This document shows positions 62,006 to 64,000 of a DNA stretch of 64,000 nt, piece after piece (position 1 is the stretch's first letter; the number at the start of each line of letters is the position of its first letter). The stretch covers positions 11,293-75,292 of the forward strand of contig JBJMVU010000090.1 in the NCBI GenBank assembly GCA_045810485.1. Reading direction: 5' to 3'. The notes beneath the pieces are model-generated. The model was not told where the DNA came from. It searched no databases and saw nothing but the letters and a program-made list of their open reading frames with translations. The translations under genes and the position numbers were made by a program. Origin of the DNA: Massilia sp. (GTDB lineage: Bacteria > Pseudomonadota > Gammaproteobacteria > Burkholderiales > Burkholderiaceae_D).

Positions 62006-62316
62006 TCGCAAGTCCGCGGATTGACCACGAGGGCAGCGTGGAGTGTCAATTTTCAGCAACAATATAACGATTACCTTTGTCGTTTAATTTACGACAGAAT
62101 TGCCGGATTTGCGGTATTTCAAAGTGCAGCCGAGCCGTTTACTGCTAGAAATTTCACGAAATCCCTGGCAAAAGCCATTCTCCCTGCATGAAAACGCCGT
62201 ACTTACGCCCGCGCCGCGCACGGCGGCACGGAGACGGCGGGGCCCAGGTCCGCTACGATCAGACTCATGCGATAAACGCCAGCGGTCGCCTGGCATCGCA
62301 TCGACAGGAGTTGGCC

Positions 62317-62826
62317 ATGTTTTCCTCCGCTTTCGCGCCCGAAGCGGCGTTGCCGTCGCGGGAGCCGGCAGCGTTGCACATCCTCGAGTTCATTTGCCGG
62401 GGACAGCGCTTCGCCGTGCCGCTGGCGTCCGTGCGGCGGGTCGTGCTCAGCGCGCGGCCGGTGCCGTTGCCGGGGGCGTCGGACATCGTGCTCGGCGTGC
62501 TGGACGTTGGCGGCGAGACTGTTACGGTCCTCGATTTCGCCCGCCGCGCCATCGGCCATCCAACCACCATCACGCCCAGCCAGCAGTTTCTCATCGTCGA
62601 GTCGGACGGGTTCCCGTGCGCGCTCGTGGTCGACAGCATCGTCGGCCCCGGCACGGCCGTCGCGGACAGCGCGTGGCCGCACGCGGCGGGCGCCGCCGGC
62701 TACGTCGACGGCGTCGTGCACCTGCCGGACGGCCTGTGCCTCGTGGTGGAGCCGGGCCGGTTCCTGTTCGAGCACGAACGGGTGCAACTGACGCTGGCGT
62801 TGGGGGCGGCGGGTGAGCGCCATTGA
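62317..62826 (+). CDS. cheW: CheW-like coupling protein
   Basis: The ATG follows CAGGAG. FICRGQRFAVPLASVRRVV...IVLGVLDVGGETVTVLDF...ALVVDSI has the CheW-domain pattern. Confidence 0.8.
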   Translation: MFSSAFAPEAALPSREPAALHILEFICRGQRFAVPLASVRRVVLSARPVPLPGASDIVLGVLDVGGETVTVLDFARRAIGHPTTITPSQQFLIVESDGFPCALVVDSIVGPGTAVADSAWPHAAGAAGYVDGVVHLPDGLCLVVEPGRFLFEHERVQLTLALGAAGERH

Positions 62827-64000
62827 CGACGCCGTCCTCGCCGACGTGGTCGACCTGGCGGCACGGCGGGTCGAGGCCGCGACAGGCCTGACGTTCGCCG
62901 GCATGCGACGGCGCCAGTTCGACGCCGCCCTGGACCGGATGGCCGCCGTGCTGGGCCTGCCGGGCGCCGCGGCCTGCGCATCGTGGTTGCTGGCGGGGCC
63001 GTGGGACGACGCCCGGAATGCGCTGTGCGCGCGCTTCCTCACCATCGGCGAAACGTATTTCCTGCGCGAGCCGCGCGCCTTCGACCTCGTGTGCGACACG
63101 GCGCGCGCCCACCTGGCGCGCGACGCGACGCGTCCCTTGCGCATCTGGAGCGCCGGCTGCTGCACGGGCGAGGAACCGTATTCCATCGCGCTGGCGCTGC
63201 GCCGCGACGTGCCGCAACTGCCGCCCGGGCGGGTGACCATCCTCGCCACCGACCTGAACGACGCCTCCCTCGACGTCGCCCGCGCGGGCATCTACCGGCG
63301 CTGGTCGTTCCGCCGCACCGACCCGGCCGACCTGGCGGCGTTCTTCCGGCCGCTGGGCGACGGCCGCTTCGAGATCGACGCGGCCTTGCGCGACCAGGTC
63401 CGCTTCGCCAACCTGAACCTCGCCGGCGGCGCGTATCCGTCCGTCGCCACCGGCACGCTGGCCATGGACGTCATCTTCTGCCGCAACGTCCTCATGTACT
63501 TCGGGCTGGAGCAGGCCGCGCGCGTCGTCGCGCGGCTGCGCGATTGCCTCGTCGACGGCGGCTGGCTCGTCGTGAACGCGAGCGAGGCCTCGACCCGGTT
63601 GTTCGAGGGTTTTACGCCCGTGTACCTGGAGGATGCGGTGTTCTTCCGCAAGGGACCGCTGCCCGCGCTCGCGCCTGTGCCTGTGCCGGCGGCGCCCGCC
63701 GTCGCGGTCACGGCGCCTGCGCCGCTCCCCCCGCCGCCGGGACCGACCGTGTCGCCGTCGCCGCCGCCGCCGTCGCACGACGCGGCCATGGCCCGCGTGC
63801 ATGCGCTGGCGCGGGAGGGCGGGCGCGAGGAGGCGCTGCAATGCCTGCGCCGCGCTGTCGAGGCCGAGGCGCTGTCGGCCCCGTTGCAGCAGAGCGCCGC
63901 GCTGTTCGCGCTGGAGCAAGGCGACCGGGCCCTCGCGCGCCACTGCGTGCGGCGCCTGCTGTACCTCGAACCGGACAGCGCGTTCGGCCACTACCTGTGG
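62823..64000 (+). CDS. cheR: CheR-type SAM methyltransferase with Pro-rich linker and TPR-like C-terminus, 3' end cut by window edge
   Basis: The frame is open from the GTG at 62823 (GTGA overlap with the cheW stop) to the window end, and it is absent from the ORF track because it has no stop. Translation: LTIGETYFLREPRAFD...LRIWSAGCCTGEEPYSIAL...DVIFCRNVLMYF. Confidence 0.8.

Noticed and set aside
62075-62099. Inverted repeat TGTCGT-ttaattt-ACGACA downstream of the second HDOD gene
   Set aside because: It is a short 6-bp A/T-flanked stem without a U-tract on either strand, and I cannot tell a terminator or operator from chance.
62160-62180. Sigma-54 promoter-like CTGGCAAAAGCCATTC upstream of cheW
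   Set aside because: It has the TGGCA -24 element, but the -12 position reads CATTC instead of TTGC, so the match is too weak.
1-64000. Searched for CRISPR arrays, tRNA/rRNA genes, IS elements, integrases, prophage, toxin-antitoxin and known defence genes
   Set aside because: I noticed no short regularly spaced repeats, no cloverleaf-like or rRNA-like segments, and no transposase, integrase, restriction, Cas, Abi or nuclease-helicase type proteins among the supported reading frames.

Overview
High-GC proteobacterial chromosome segment. Gene content and PEP-CTERM tails suggest an Oxalobacteraceae-type betaproteobacterium, but that is inference only. There are three blocks. (1) nt 1-20300 is a secreted-glycan degradation locus: GH30, CBM6-GH5-CBM6, a 1586-aa discoidin-repeat protein with a PEP-CTERM protein, GH43, GH3 BglX and a TonB-dependent receptor, interleaved with two diguanylate cyclases and a MocR regulator. 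(2) nt 21700-55500 is a large anaerobic-lifestyle island: narK1-narK2-narGHJI-PPIase, a hybrid kinase, moaA-can-narX-narL, nrdJ, ubiU-ubiV-ubiT, a Cys-less Crp/Fnr regulator, norB(qNor)-nsrR-DUF2249 and nnrS-hemN. It is interrupted by a plcN + PEP-CTERM cassette. (3) nt 55600-64000 is a c-di-GMP/chemosensory signalling cluster: PAS-GGDEF-EAL-REC-PAS, HDOD, REC-HD-GYP, REC, HDOD, CheW, CheR-TPR. I saw no rRNA, tRNA, CRISPR, transposase, integrase, phage or recognisable defence genes, so I cannot point to a clear new defence-type system. The most unusual items are: (a) an HMA-fold mini-protein that lacks the CxxC site but ends in GGCCGGCCGG, overlapped with a 2-TM partner and sitting at the end of a ubiUVT-DGC-nrdJ gene string; (b) several decay scars inside the anaerobic island (frameshifted beta-carbonic anhydrase coupled to narX, a fabI'/pta'/ackA' mosaic remnant with intact RBS and FNR-like box, an in-frame TGA in DUF2249, and a truncated membrane gene) that bracket the plcN cassette; (c) three AAACGTTT-core LacI-type operators plus an intrinsic terminator inside the TonB-receptor leader; (d) a signalling cluster in which every c-di-GMP catalytic motif is substituted. 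All functional calls rest on by-eye motif and homology recognition and need database confirmation.
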